Source: Microthyrium microscopicum (Eukaryota). From it: a stretch of 63,894 nucleotides of DNA. The position numbers were made by a program, and so were the translations under genes. Below, piece by piece: positions 62,817 through 63,894 of the stretch. How positions within the stretch are numbered: the stretch's first letter is position 1; the number at the start of each line of letters is the position of its first letter. The notes beneath the pieces were generated by a model that was not told where the DNA came from, did no database searches, and saw nothing but the letters and a program-made list of their open reading frames with translations. The stretch is from positions 10,337 through 74,230 of the forward strand of contig MU004240.1 in NCBI GenBank assembly GCA_010405405.1, written 5' to 3'.

Positions 62817-63894
62817 TAGGGTTGCGAACCTAGTAAGTCTAGTCTAGTATTAGCTAGAACTAGAATATAATTAGTATTTTATAATGCAAACTAGAACATA
62901 ATAGTACTAGTATAGTCTAGAACTAGTTATATAATAGACTAGTTTTTAGTAATACTAGATACTAAGTAAGTATACTAGCTAGTATACTAGCTAGTATTTA
63001 CTAGTATTTACTAGTATTTAATACTAGTTACTAATACATACTAGAAATTATATTATTAAATTTATCTAATTATAAGGATTCTAATACTAATCTTAGTTTT
63101 ATAATACGAGCTATAGTTGTAGAAATATTTAATATTTAAGAATTTAACTATTTATTTTAGTACTTAAAACTAAGTTATATAGTCTAATTATAGATATAAT
63201 TTAATAATATTCTAGTATTAGACTACTAGAATTATTAAAAGTATAGAAAAAAATAAATTAGAGCTAAAAATAGTAATTACTAGTTTTAAACCTAAAAACA
63301 TATTATTAAGAACTTAAAGTTATATAAGAAAATTATTTAATTAGATTAAGAATAAAATATATAAGTAACTTTACTAAATATTACTCTTTTTAGTATAATC
63401 TATATAGTTTTAAAATCCTTAGACTATAAGGAATCTAGTTCTATTATTAGTTTTTAAGAATATCTAATACTTATTAATATATAATAGAATTAAGTTTTTA
63501 TAAATTTCTATAAATTTTTAAAAATTTATAAACCTAACTAGAAAGCTATATTATAACTAAAATCTAATCTTTTTAATATTTTATATACTATTAAATAAAG
63601 CTCTATATTACTATAATAGTTACTAGTCTTATTTAGATCTAGTTCTATAGTTATAATATTAGTAATTAAAATATACTTTATTTAATTAGTAATACTAGAA
63701 ATATAAATAAGATATAAAAGCTATAATTTTAGATAGCCTTAAAATTCTAGTCTTATATACTACTTAAATATTTATAAATTACTATTTATATTACTTTCTA
63801 AACTAAGTTATAAATTTTAAAATAATAAAAATACTAAAATCCTTCTTTTATTATTCTATTAGTATATAAGCTAATAAAGTAGTAGTATTATTAT
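62817..63894. repeat. Second AT-rich RIP-degenerated block
   Basis: TpA-rich and CpA/TpG-depleted, no ORFs, clustered CTAG(T/A) short repeats at its left edge. Confidence 0.88.

Overview
Filamentous ascomycete (Pezizomycotina-type) genomic DNA with three zones. (1) 1-~24,100 is an AT-rich, TpA-rich, CpA/TpG-depleted block typical of RIP-erased repeats. It has a 450-N gap and several degenerate tandem arrays. (2) ~24,400-32,400 is an accessory border zone: a Q/P-repeat orphan gene, a 725-aa membrane-anchored gene split by a 196-bp TA-duplicating MITE, a probable F-box/ankyrin pseudogene, and two more non-autonomous TIR elements. (3) ~32,600-62,500 is gene-rich: ECT1, a small secreted Cys-rich protein, an F-box-like gene, a nitroreductase, RRP3, a BTB protein, a conserved hypothetical, BRF1, RNR1, a Yck-type casein kinase I, a TauD/JLP1 dioxygenase and an intron-containing tRNA-Ala(TGC). 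A second RIP block follows from ~62,820. The strongest unexplained signal is a family of ~200-240-bp fold-back elements with nested hairpins, found about 8 times between 40.5 and 62.1 kb in 3' flanks, intergenic DNA and two introns. Five copies have 5-bp target-site duplications (consensus nSWSn), which does not fit the usual fungal TIR superfamilies. All alignments and splice models were done by eye; no database searches were run.
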